A stretch of DNA of 40,473 bases from an uncultured bacterium (GTDB taxonomy: Bacteria > JAJVIF01 > JAPKYR01), in assembly GCA_965371155.1 (NCBI GenBank), contig CBDUXL010000003.1:1-40473 (forward strand), read 5' to 3'. The translations under genes were made by a program, and so were the position numbers. This document shows positions 10,040 to 20,200 of the stretch, one piece after another (the stretch's first letter is position 1; each line of letters opens with the position of its first letter). Under the pieces are notes generated by a model. That model was given only the letters and a program-made list of their open reading frames with translations. It was not told the DNA's origin and did no database searches.

Positions 10040-10052
10040 ATCAAGTATAACC
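10040..10052 (-). promoter_or_regulatory. duplicated promoter element GGTTATACTTGAT upstream of paralog 2
   Basis: Identical to 7670-7682. Confidence 0.55.
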
Positions 10053-10163
10053 TCATAAGCCAAGTGAGAACAGCCCTGCGTCCGAAGCAGTTTGGAAATC
10101 GCCGTTCCGGCATCCGGTAGGCTGAAAGCCTACTCTGCCGGCGATTGGATATCGCCGTTCCGG

Positions 10164-12428
10164 CTATTCGTCGAAGTACCCGATGGCCCGCAATTGTTCG
10201 AGCGTCTCGGCGTCCAGTTCTGCCGGCGTATCTTCCTGATCGTATCCCCTGACGCCCCATACATAACACGCCGCGGGACGCTCCTCTATCTCAAGGGGCT
10301 GGTACGTTCCCAGCGGAAAATCATCCATCCGAACGGTCGCCGATCCGGTCGGCTCAGGAGTTCTGGTGCCGTAGGGGTAGAACCGGTCCGGTTGAACTCT
10401 ACCGTTCACAAGGACCGACACCTCAGCCGCTTCGGCACCATGAGCCGGAATAATCACAATGTGTTTGTTCGGCCCGATCTGCTTGAGGGGACTGATTATG
10501 TCGAAGCGTATGGTGTCTCCCTCCAACGTGTATGAGTCTTTCTCAGTAAGGTGGTACGCTTGCACTTCTTCAATTCCCCCCGGTATTCGGATCGTCCCGG
10601 TAAACCGACACGGCGCCTCGTTGAAGCTCTGAGTGATCCAAAGGTGGAGAGCCGTCTCCCTGGGATGCATTGCTGACACGATCTCGATTAACAGCCTATC
10701 GACCAGATCAGTATTCTGAGCGTTGATGTCATTTGTTTCTCCTGGATCAGCCTGGAGATCGAAAAGCAGGACCTCACCCGTGACGAAATCAAGGATGCAC
10801 TTGTATGGCCACTCAACTATGAACTTCTGTTCCGTTCCGCGTGTGATGCCCTCGCCGAATATCGTTCTGTTCTCACTTAATTCACCAGACAGGATGTCCT
10901 GTAACGGCGAGCCGATCAGATCATCCGGGCTGGAAAAGCCGATGTACTTGAGAATCGTCGGGAAGATATCAGTGTTACCGACCGATGTGTCAACACGCTC
11001 CCCGGCAGGAAAAGCCGGACCGCGAACGATCAACGGCATCCATACCAGCTCGTCGTATTGAGTGTGCCCGTGCGCGAATCCATCGTGTTCGAAAAACTCT
11101 TCGCCATGATCCGAAGCGAAAATCACCAGCGTGTCCTCAGCAAGCCCATTCTCCTCCAGGTATTCGAACAACTCACCCAACGCCGCGTCCACGTTCGCGA
11201 CCTCAGCTTCATATAGGGCGCGAACGTGACTCAGGTCATCCTCCGGCGGGATGTAGTCACCCGATTTCCAAAGACGAGACTCGCGGAAGGAGTCTCCAAT
11301 CGGCCCATTATAGGCGGGATCCGTGAAAAGCGCCGCGAGCTCCTCCGGGGGTTCGTACGGGCCGTGCGGATCCATGAAATGCAGGAAACAGAACCAGTCA
11401 CGGTCGCCGGCGCGATCGAGGAATTCGATTGCCCTGGTCACCGAAAGCTGCGCAATCGCGTCATGCCTGAACCAGAGAGAATCAAAACCCTGGCAGAACC
11501 CGGACTGATCGTTACCGAGCCAGGCATTCGAAGTCACCGCATGGGTTGAGTAACCTTCCGAGCGAAGGTGCTCAGCGATTGTGATGGGCTGTTCGGGAAG
11601 GCGACCGGAGTAGATAGTCGAATTGATAGCAGAAGGGAGCCTTCCGGTAACCATGCTCGCGAACGAAGGGAGAGTCCATGAACTCTGCGCTCTCGCACAT
11701 GTGAAGACAGCCGCGTCCGCACTAAAATCCTGTAAAATCGGCGTAAGACAGGGATCTGCCCCGTACGGAGTCAAGTAATCCGCTCGAAGTGTATCCACAC
11801 CGATAAGCAGCACGTTTTTCCGCCGTCGCTCCGGAGGATGATACACAAGAGGGCGTCCCCACAGCAGCGTTATTCCGGGATCGCCTGCAAGTTCACCATC
11901 AAGTATGAAACAAAGCTCTCCTTTGCCCAGCGGGCACTGTTCGAGGGACAGGTCCACGTTATGCCAATCCGCAAACATCTCCTGGCTGGATTCAGGCGTA
12001 CATTGGTGAACGATGATAGGCCCCTCTGTTTCGCCCTCTTCTGTTTGGATTGGGGATTCGGGAACGTACTCGACACGAAGGCTCAATTGGCCGACGCGGA
12101 TTGAGACAGTTGTATCCATGCCCATGCAGAAACTCAGCCGAGCCCCCTCGCGAAGCTCAACCGGGAACCTCAGCCTGCACTCAGAGGGATTCAGCCAGCC
12201 CTCGACCGACTCCTCGGCATGTGTAATTCTGATCGGCTGCGGCGCAGGATCCCGAATTTCGGTCTCGTCACCGACATAAGGCGTGACATGAAGGAGCGAG
12301 ATAGCCGGCGGAGGGGATGGTGGCTCGACCTGCAATCTGCAACCGACCGCAATCGACGGCAGCACGACAAGAAACGCCGCAAGGAGCCTCAATACCGCCG
12401 GATAATAGTTGTTACGAATGCGACTCAT
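10164..12428 (-). CDS. sulfatase-fold lipoprotein, paralog 3
   Basis: Same motifs; lipobox-like 'AVGC'; ends 'EQLRAIGY'. Confidence 0.85.
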   Translation of the reverse strand: MSRIRNNYYPAVLRLLAAFLVVLPSIAVGCRLQVEPPSPPPAISLLHVTPYVGDETEIRDPAPQPIRITHAEESVEGWLNPSECRLRFPVELREGARLSFCMGMDTTVSIRVGQLSLRVEYVPESPIQTEEGETEGPIIVHQCTPESSQEMFADWHNVDLSLEQCPLGKGELCFILDGELAGDPGITLLWGRPLVYHPPERRRKNVLLIGVDTLRADYLTPYGADPCLTPILQDFSADAAVFTCARAQSSWTLPSFASMVTGRLPSAINSTIYSGRLPEQPITIAEHLRSEGYSTHAVTSNAWLGNDQSGFCQGFDSLWFRHDAIAQLSVTRAIEFLDRAGDRDWFCFLHFMDPHGPYEPPEELAALFTDPAYNGPIGDSFRESRLWKSGDYIPPEDDLSHVRALYEAEVANVDAALGELFEYLEENGLAEDTLVIFASDHGEEFFEHDGFAHGHTQYDELVWMPLIVRGPAFPAGERVDTSVGNTDIFPTILKYIGFSSPDDLIGSPLQDILSGELSENRTIFGEGITRGTEQKFIVEWPYKCILDFVTGEVLLFDLQADPGETNDINAQNTDLVDRLLIEIVSAMHPRETALHLWITQSFNEAPCRFTGTIRIPGGIEEVQAYHLTEKDSYTLEGDTIRFDIISPLKQIGPNKHIVIIPAHGAEAAEVSVLVNGRVQPDRFYPYGTRTPEPTGSATVRMDDFPLGTYQPLEIEERPAACYVWGVRGYDQEDTPAELDAETLEQLRAIGYFDE

Positions 12429-12508
12429 CTCGTGCGGATTATCTATTCCACCATATTACCCCATGTGGCGCAAATGACTCTTTGCCGGACACGCAGCCTT
12501 TTCCCGAC

Positions 12509-14122
12509 CTATAGAACGACCTGCACAGGCTTCAATTCCAGCGATGCAGGCGTAGACCCATCGCACGGAGCATCAGGAAGTTCTTTAAAATGCGCCACCT
12601 GGTTTTTTCCGCGACTCTTGGCAAGGTACATGGCACTGTCGGCAAGAGCTATGAGAGCCTCCGATGACCTTGGAGAGATCGTGTCGGGATTGAGTGTCGC
12701 GATCCCAACGGAGAGTGTCACGTTCAGCTTGAGAGTCTGGAATTCCGTTATGTGCTGCTCTACTTCTTTCCTGACACGTTCACATGCCACAGTGGCGCCT
12801 TCGAGTGGAGTTTGCGGGAACAACAGAGCCATCTCCTCGCCGCCCCACCGTCCCGCAAGGTCGACCTCACGAACTACTCCCCTGATTATCTCGGCGACAT
12901 CTCTCAGGATCGCGTCGCCAGCGTAATGGCCATGCTGATCGTTGATTTCCTTGAAATCGTCCAGGTCCAAGATCGCCACGCTCAGCGGCGAATGGTAACG
13001 TGTGCTTCTTCGGAATTCCTCCTCGAGTCTCGCAAGCAGAGCGCGACGGTTGGAAAGGCCGGTGAGATGGTCGGTAACCGAAAGCCTCCGGACCTCCTCA
13101 TAGAACAACGCGCGTTCCAATGTCACCGCTAGCTGCGCGCCGATCAGTGACAAAGTCTGCAGGTAATATTCCCTGACCGCGATCTGCTTGTAGGTCATAA
13201 TGCTGAGCAGCCCGTAAGTCCCTTGTCGACCATTCAACGGCAGGGCAAAATACGTGCTGGCAGGCTCGCGAGGTCCTGGAAGCTCAAGACTGACGGGAGA
13301 AAGATAAACCGCCTCGAGGGATGTCAATGGATGCCCGGGTTCATTGTAGAGTTTCATGGACGATTGGGTCTCTCTGAAGAACCATTCGCGGTCGATTACA
13401 TCCTTGAATTTCTCGTTCTCGATAATGTAAAGCTCACCGGATTCAAAAATCGCAATGCCCACCTGCGAGAACTCCAGCACGCTCGAAAGCGCAGATAGGG
13501 CCTGATGAATAAATGCGGGAATGGTCTCCTGGGCGGCTCTTCCCGATGGCGCGCCGGTGATTTCAATGTCTCCCAGCCGAGCCAGGATTGTGGCGCCAAT
13601 CAGTTGATTTTCCAGTTCGCTCGCGACTCCGGCGGCCGGTCCTCCATGTTCACGGATAACCGCCTCGGCGGCATCCCAATCTTCAGCGGGAATCGGCTCC
13701 GTGCGACCCAGCGCGTCCACGATACTCTCGATAGCCTTCTTTGCGTCCTTTCTCGAAACCGCGGCAATCGCGCCGGAGCCTTTCGCCCAGAATTCCTCGA
13801 TAAGGTACTGCCTGCTCATAATGAGCGCGACCGGCAGCCTGGCCAGGTGTCGGCTGTGGCCGATCAGACGAGCAAGGAGAATGCCGGACAACCCCGGTAA
13901 GCCGGTTTCGGCAATCACGGCAACCGGACGAAGGAGCATTGCCACGTCTATGGCTCTAAGGCCGTCGGTTTCGCGCCGGACGCGGAATCGCTTCTCCAAT
14001 TCGCCCGACAGCTCCTGCCAGAGCTCATCGTCGTTTATCGCGACCAGCACAAGCGGAGCTCCATCGGTGGTTTTATTTCGACGTTCGCTGCTCACGGGTC
14101 CATCTAATATAATCGCGCGCAA
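12509..14122 (-). CDS. diguanylate cyclase (degenerate REC + GAF-like + GGDEF)
   Basis: 'TDHLTGLSNRR', 'DLDDFKEINDQHGHYAGD', I-site REVD, A-site 'RWGGEEM'; N-terminal receiver-like domain. Confidence 0.9.
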   Translation of the reverse strand: MRAIILDGPVSSERRNKTTDGAPLVLVAINDDELWQELSGELEKRFRVRRETDGLRAIDVAMLLRPVAVIAETGLPGLSGILLARLIGHSRHLARLPVALIMSRQYLIEEFWAKGSGAIAAVSRKDAKKAIESIVDALGRTEPIPAEDWDAAEAVIREHGGPAAGVASELENQLIGATILARLGDIEITGAPSGRAAQETIPAFIHQALSALSSVLEFSQVGIAIFESGELYIIENEKFKDVIDREWFFRETQSSMKLYNEPGHPLTSLEAVYLSPVSLELPGPREPASTYFALPLNGRQGTYGLLSIMTYKQIAVREYYLQTLSLIGAQLAVTLERALFYEEVRRLSVTDHLTGLSNRRALLARLEEEFRRSTRYHSPLSVAILDLDDFKEINDQHGHYAGDAILRDVAEIIRGVVREVDLAGRWGGEEMALLFPQTPLEGATVACERVRKEVEQHITEFQTLKLNVTLSVGIATLNPDTISPRSSEALIALADSAMYLAKSRGKNQVAHFKELPDAPCDGSTPASLELKPVQVVL

Positions 14123-14177
14123 TGAGAGATTATGGGAGCAATCCCGACACTGTAGCAGCTTTCCCTTCCACTGTCTG

Positions 14178-14636
14178 CTAGTCGGACTTAAAATCGGAAG
14201 GCGTGAATTTTGTCTCGCCGATGTAGATTATTCCCACCGTGAACATGACAGCCACGAAAGGGTTTACTAGAAAGAGTAAGCAAACCAAAGCCAGTACGTA
14301 TATTAACCATCGCCAGGACGGTCGGAAGCCGGATGAAGCACCTGTTTCCTCAGGTTTTGGCGCCGGATGCTGGGGGTCCTCCCTGATATGCACCCAACTT
14401 GCGCCACCGCCGCCGTGAAGCGGGTCGCACAGCGTGTAACCCTCGACATCCGGATGTTTCTCCAGATGACCGTGCACCAGTTGCCGAAAATCGCCTTTTC
14501 CCTTGCCGTGTACGACCCTCACCAGTAGTTTTCCATGCGACCTGTTATCGGCGATGCACGCGTCAAGGATCGCCCGGGCCTTGTCGGGGTCCCGGAAGTA
14601 GGCGTGGAGGTCGCAATCAGGCGCGCGAACAGACAT
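14178..14636 (-). CDS. Smr/MutS2-domain protein with C-terminal TM hairpin
   Basis: 'DLH', 'VVHGKGKG' and 'GGGGASWV' are Smr motifs; hydrophobic C-terminus. Confidence 0.75.
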   Translation of the reverse strand: MSVRAPDCDLHAYFRDPDKARAILDACIADNRSHGKLLVRVVHGKGKGDFRQLVHGHLEKHPDVEGYTLCDPLHGGGGASWVHIREDPQHPAPKPEETGASSGFRPSWRWLIYVLALVCLLFLVNPFVAVMFTVGIIYIGETKFTPSDFKSD

Positions 14637-14672
14637 GAAACACCATTTTAGCTCAATTCAAGGAACGACGCA

Positions 14673-14738
14673 CATAATGGGAGGGCGAGGCTCCCGCCGA
14701 GCCGATTCCCAGTTACGTCCATAATGGGAGGGCGAGGC
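14673..14738. repeat. 19-bp direct repeat / second REP-like family
   Basis: CATAATGGGAGGGCGAGGC at 14673-14691 and 14720-14738; the first copy continues as the GC-rich imperfect palindrome GGCGAGGCTCCCGCCGAGCC. Confidence 0.65.
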
Positions 14739-14817
14739 AAATGGGATTCCCGGTCGTGCTCAAGTTGAGGGGCGGACCGGGGTAGGTCGTTGTCCCTTCT
14801 GTCCCCTTTTACCACCT

Positions 14818-16515
14818 CTATTCATCTTCGGTGCGACTGCGAATAAGAGTACACTGCCGAGAAATCTGTTCCGAATCGATCTGGTGTCTCTTCAGAACGC
14901 GAGACGCAACCTCCACCGCCGCCTCCCGTTCGGCCGCTATCACCTCGTTAGCCCCTACGGCCAGAAGCGGCTCAATATCCAGCAGGAAATTTGTTCGCAC
15001 AATGATATATAAATCCGGAGCCAGACTACGCGCGATTCTTACAGCTCGTTCCGCCGCGGAAGGATCATTGATTACAAGTACCAGGTCCTTTGCTCGTGTT
15101 GCCCCCATCTGCACAAGTACTTCATGGCTGGTGACATCACCGAAGAATGCTCGAGCGCCTTTCTGCGATGCTATGCGTACATTCGAGATATTGATATCCA
15201 CAATAGCGTTCGGGATGTCGCAATCGTCCAGTGCTTTGGCCAGCTCCAAACCCGCAAATCCATATCCACCGATAATCACATGGTCTTTCATTGTGCGTAT
15301 GCGATCTATGGCATCCTCAGCCGGAGCAACATTCAGCAGGCGGTTCAGAACGTGAATCTTACCCGCACCGGCAGCCAGCCGGGGACCAAATGCCAGAGCA
15401 AAAGGTGTTAAAAACATGGATAGAACTGCTGCTGTCAGCAGATTACTTTCGAGTGGTTCACCTATTAAACCACTTCCCTTTGCAGCAAATGACAGAACGA
15501 GAGAAAATTCACCAATCTGTGCCAATGCAACTGCCGACAATAGGCACACCCTCATTGGCATTCGGATTATGAAGGCAGTAACAAAGACTATGAGGGCTTT
15601 GCCAAAAAGGATACCGACCAGAAGAATCAGTATTGGCACAAGGTTCGCAAGTAATACCACTGGTGCAAGCAACATTCCTACAGAGACGAAGAACAAACTG
15701 GCAAAAACTTCTCGAAATGACATTAGATCAGCGATCGCCTGATGACGGTATTCGCTACCAGCGACAACCAATCCGGCCAGGAACGCACCAATTGCTAGTG
15801 TAGCCCCGGACATAGTAACAAGCCATGCTGTTCCGATACAGATAACGAATATGGTAAGAATGAATAGATGGCGCTGTCGTGTCTTGGCAATGTATTTCAA
15901 CACGTGTGGAACAATGAGATAAGCAGCGAGTAATACTCCAACAACAATCGCCAGAGAATTCAGCAAAGCGCCGAAAACATTCTGTGTGAAGCCACCCTGG
16001 CCACTCAGAAAGGGAATCAGCAATATCATCGGCACCACTGCAAAATCCTGAAATACCAGGATACCCAATATCAGACGACCATGCGGTGTATCCACTTCGC
16101 TTCTCTGCTGCAAGCCTCTCAACACTATAGCCGTACTTGACAAAGCAACAAGAAACCCCACAAAGATCCCCGTGTTGGGTGGCAAATCCCAGAGTCTTGA
16201 AATGGCAAAAACAGTTGCGATAGTAAGGCCGACTTGGATCAACCCACCCATCAGGATCAATTTCCATAAACGGCGTAGTTTCTCCAGCGAAAGTTCCAGT
16301 CCAATACCAAATAACAGGAGCGCCACCCCTATTTCTGCCAGAACTTCAACCTGATGTACATCGTTTATTATTCCCAGACTATGGGGACCAACAACGATGC
16401 CAACAACGATGAGACCTGCGATAGATGGCAACTTAAGCTTGTGGAATATCGCAACTACTACAATACCAAACCCTAAAATCACTACCAAATCTTGTAGATA
16501 TGTTAAGTCTTGCAT
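14818..16515 (-). CDS. CPA2/Kef-type cation:proton antiporter with C-terminal TrkA-N (KTN) domain
   Basis: 'LAEIGVALLLFGIGLE', 'LSSTAIV', 'FQDFAVVP', 'AQIGEFS', and Rossmann motif 'IIGGYGFAG'; visibly AT-richer than its flanks. Confidence 0.9.
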   Translation of the reverse strand: MQDLTYLQDLVVILGFGIVVVAIFHKLKLPSIAGLIVVGIVVGPHSLGIINDVHQVEVLAEIGVALLLFGIGLELSLEKLRRLWKLILMGGLIQVGLTIATVFAISRLWDLPPNTGIFVGFLVALSSTAIVLRGLQQRSEVDTPHGRLILGILVFQDFAVVPMILLIPFLSGQGGFTQNVFGALLNSLAIVVGVLLAAYLIVPHVLKYIAKTRQRHLFILTIFVICIGTAWLVTMSGATLAIGAFLAGLVVAGSEYRHQAIADLMSFREVFASLFFVSVGMLLAPVVLLANLVPILILLVGILFGKALIVFVTAFIIRMPMRVCLLSAVALAQIGEFSLVLSFAAKGSGLIGEPLESNLLTAAVLSMFLTPFALAFGPRLAAGAGKIHVLNRLLNVAPAEDAIDRIRTMKDHVIIGGYGFAGLELAKALDDCDIPNAIVDINISNVRIASQKGARAFFGDVTSHEVLVQMGATRAKDLVLVINDPSAAERAVRIARSLAPDLYIIVRTNFLLDIEPLLAVGANEVIAAEREAAVEVASRVLKRHQIDSEQISRQCTLIRSRTEDE

Positions 16516-16737
16516 GGACTACGCCTGCAATTCAGGTCCTAATAATGCGCAATATGTCGAACCACTGCTGTCCAGGATAATCTGATTTTGGACAAGGCTT
16601 TCCCGTAGGATAAGGCATCCAGGCGATTAAGTCACGTTTACCGGGTAGATGTCTACCCTTTTTATAGTTATTTCGTTGCTCAAGAAAGGAGACAACTACC
16701 AATGGATTGAGAATCATAACTATGCTACTAATCCAAA

Positions 16738-16854
16738 ATGTCCAGAACAGCTCGAATTGTCGTGCCGGGAATCCCTCATCACGTGACCCAGAGGGGTAAC
16801 AATCGAAATGATGATCCCGCTGAGCTGATTGATCCTGTCGGTTGGCAGAACTAA
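16738..16854 (+). pseudogene. N-terminal remnant of a REP-associated tyrosine (HUH/Y1) transposase
   Basis: Translates as MSRTARIVVPGIPHHVTQRGNNRND...* (38 aa), matching the typical RAYT N-terminus 'R..R...PG.PHHVTQRGN.R', then truncates before the HUH motif. Not in the ORF track. Confidence 0.8.
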
Positions 16855-16873
16855 AGCGTCACACTGTACCCAT

Positions 16874-16905
16874 AAAATACTCCCCGGGACACATGTCCCG
16901 GGGAG
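16874..16905 (-). terminator. intrinsic terminator downstream of the tRNA cluster
   Basis: Minus strand ACTCCCGGGACATGTGTCCCGGGGAGT hairpin followed by ATTTT. Confidence 0.7.
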
Positions 16906-16922
16906 TTCGGGCGGGGCAGATC

Positions 16923-16998
<76 letters not shown>

Positions 16999-17039
16999 GA
17001 AGTCATTCTATCAGACAAGCGGAATGCAGGCAAGATATC

Positions 17040-17116
17040 TGGCGCGCCCGGGAGGACTCGAACCCCCAACCTACAGATCCGAAGTCTGTTGCTCTATCCA
17101 ATTGAGCTACGAGCGC
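17040..17116 (-). tRNA. tRNA-Arg(TCG)
   Basis: Anticodon arm ACAGA-CTTCGGA-TCTGT, GTTCGA T-loop, CCA end; TGTTATAAT extended -10 upstream. Confidence 0.95.
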
Positions 17117-17183
17117 ACGCGTATGATTATAACATGCCTGATGGTCCGCCTTCGTCCCTCGACAGGCTCAGGATTTCGGTGGA

Positions 17184-17259
17184 TGGCGCGCCAGGCAGGA
17201 TTTGAACCTGCGACCTGCGGATTAGAAGTCCGCTGCTCTATCCCCTGAGCTACTGGCGC
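17184..17259 (-). tRNA. tRNA-Arg(TCT)
   Basis: Anticodon arm GCGGA-CTTCTAA-TCCGC, GTTCAA T-loop, CCA end. Confidence 0.95.
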
Positions 17260-17269
17260 GCGGCCATCC

Positions 17270-20200
17270 CTATTCTAAGCTAATCCCCAGAGTCACGGGG
17301 ATGCCATTGACTTTCGCTTCCTGCGTCTGCTCTGCATCCGCAGCTTCCTTCGAGGTAACAAGCTCGGTCGCGAGCGTTTCGCGCATGATGTAGTCCCGAT
17401 GCAACTCGATGGAGTCCATCGTGGACTTGTCACCGGATTGCACGAAGGCTTTGATTCTCGCCTGGTAATCCATATCGGCTTTCTTACGGAGCCCTTGCAG
17501 AAGATGCACGATTTCTCGAGCGACGCCCTCCGCTCTCAGCTCATCAGTCAGTTCCGTCTTCAGCACGACCGCGATTCTCGAACCCGACGCTGCCGAATAG
17601 CCCGGAAGACTCTCCATCGTCACTTCGACTTCATCGTCGGTGAACGTAAGAGTTTCACCGTCGGCAACGATGCTGCAAGTCCCGCCGGCCATCAGGCTGC
17701 CTCGAAGCTCTTGATGGTCGGCCTCGCCAAACGCCTTCTTCACCGCGGGCATTTTCGGACCGAGTCGCGGACCGAGTTTCGCAAAATCCGGCGTGACCTT
17801 GAAGCTCACGAACTCCGCCTGGTCCTCAGCGAATCGCATCGTCTTGATGTTCAGCTCGTCGAGAATGACTTGCTGCTGTCGCGAAGCCCGCGCGCGGTCG
17901 GATTCATCGCGAGTGACGACGATAACCTCGCTCAAGGGCTGCCTGACGCGGATTTGCTCGGCTTTTCGTACTGCGCGACCAAGCTTGGCGATCTCCATCG
18001 CAAGCGTAACCTCCGCCTCCAGCTCCTCATCGAGCCATTTCTCGTCAGCCTCGGGATACATCTCCAGATGGACGCTTTCCTTCGCGCCTGGAAGATGCCC
18101 GACTGCGAGATTCCGGTAAATCTCATCCGACAGGAACGGCGTGAACGGAGCGAGAAGCTTCGCGAGCTCCACGAGAACCGTGTAGAGCGTCGAATACGCC
18201 GCCCACTTGTCGGCGTTCTTCTCCGAACGCCAGAACCTCTCACGGCTCCGGCGGACATACCAGTTCGAAAGGTGGTCCACGAACAACTCGATCGCTTTCG
18301 CCGAGCGAAGGACATCGTAGTGCTCCATCGCGTCGCGGACCTCGCCGATCGTGCGATGCAGTCGAGCGAGGATCCAGCGGTCGAGGCTGGTGTATGTCGC
18401 GGGATCGGCTTTAACCTTTGCTGGATCGTACTCGTCGATTTCGGCATAGATGGTGAAGAACTGGTAGACGTTTCTCAGCGTCAACAGGAAACGCCGCTGG
18501 ACCTCTCGAACGCCGTCCTCCGACCACCGCGAAGAAACCCAGGGGTCGACATTCGAGAAAAAGTACCACCTCAGAGCATCGGCGCCCTGATCTCCCAGGA
18601 TTACCTCAGGCTCAACATAACCGCCGCGAGACTTCGACATCTTGTGACCCTCGTCATCGAGGATCAATCCCAGGCAGATGCAGCGCTTGTACGAAAGCCC
18701 ACAGTCCTGAAACGGCTTCAGGTCGGGATCATCGGGGAATTTCATCGCTGCGGCATGAAGCAGTCCCGCGACAGCATGAAGCGTGTAGAACCATCCGCGG
18801 GTCTGGTCCTGTGCCTCGGCGATGAAATCACACGGATAACACTCCTTGAAATGCTCCTTGAATTCGAACGGATAATGCCATTGCGCGACAGGCATGCTGC
18901 CCGAGTCGAACCATGTATCGGCGACCTCCGGAACGCGATGCATTACGCTCCCGCACTCTCCACAAGTAAGTGTGTAGGTATCAATTCCCGGTCGATGCAA
19001 CTCGACATCCTCCGGGACTTTCTCGTTCGCACGCTCCCTCAACTCCTCACGGCTTCCAAGCACTTCGATACACCCGCAGTCCTTGTTCTCGCAAACCCAG
19101 ATCGGAAGCGGGGTGCCCCAGTAGCGGTTACGACTGATCGCCCAATCGACATTGTTCTCAAGGAAATTGCCGAATCGACCGGTCTTGATAGTTGGCGGGT
19201 GCCAGTCGATCTTTTGGTTCTCGCTGATCATTACGTCCTTGATCGCGGTTGTCTTGAGGAACCAGCTCGACCGTGCGAAGTACATCAAAGGTGACTTGCA
19301 GCGCCAGCAGTGCGGGTAGTCGTGGGTGTAATCGGTCGTACGAAACAGCAGACCACGCTTACCCAGGTCTTCGAGGATCGGCTCATCGGCATCCTTGAAG
19401 TACATTCCTTTCACGAATTCAGGCGCGTCATCGGCGATATTGCCTGTCTCTTGCGCAAGTTGCAGAACATCCAATCCGGATGCCTGACCGGCCAGATAGT
19501 CGTCTTCACCGTAACCGGGTGCGATATGAACGATGCCCGTCCCGTCCTCGAGACTCACGAAGTCGGCGAGTATGACTCGATAGTTGCGACCGAGCGATGC
19601 CTCGTGCGGGTACAGAGGTTTGAACCTTCGGCCTTCGAATTCGCGTCCGAGGCACTCATTCTCGATTCGAGACGGATCGAACTTGTCCTCGAAAGTCAAC
19701 CGAGCCAGCGCCTTCGCGAGGATATACTTCCTTCCGTCGGTATGTTTGTAGGTGATGTACTCGTGATTCGGTCCGAGTGCGAGCGCCAGGTTGCTCAGTA
19801 GAGTCCACGGGGTGGTCGTCCAGGCCAGGAAGTAAGTATCCGGATCGTCCTCCGTCTGAAACGCGACATGGATGGACGGTTCGGTAACCTCTTCGTAGCC
19901 CTGCGCGACCTCATGGCTCGAAAGCGGCGTTCCGCACCGATTGCAGAACGGCACCACCTTGTGGCCTTTAATCAGCAATCCGGCGCGATGGATCTGCTTG
20001 AAAATCCACCAGAGCGTCTCGACATACTCATTCGTGTACGTCACGTACGGCTTGTCGAGGTCGATCCAGAAACCGATCAACTGCGTAACGTTTTTCCAAT
20101 CGACGAGATACCTCCAGACCGACTCTTTGCACTTCTCGATGAAGTTCTCGACTCCGTACTCCTCGATATCCTGTTTGGAATTAAGGCCCAGTTCCTTCTC

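Noticed and set aside
17156-17172. CCCTCGACAGGCTCAGG between tRNAs, resembling a short REP-like repeat class
   Set aside because: Single degenerate copy in the window; it cannot be supported without genome-wide counts.
17399-19294. 631-aa plus-strand ORF, and similar long antisense ORFs (6046-7080, 4520-5230, 38607-39443)
   Set aside because: They lie antisense to well-supported genes, have no recognisable motifs, and are expected shadows of GC-rich codon usage.
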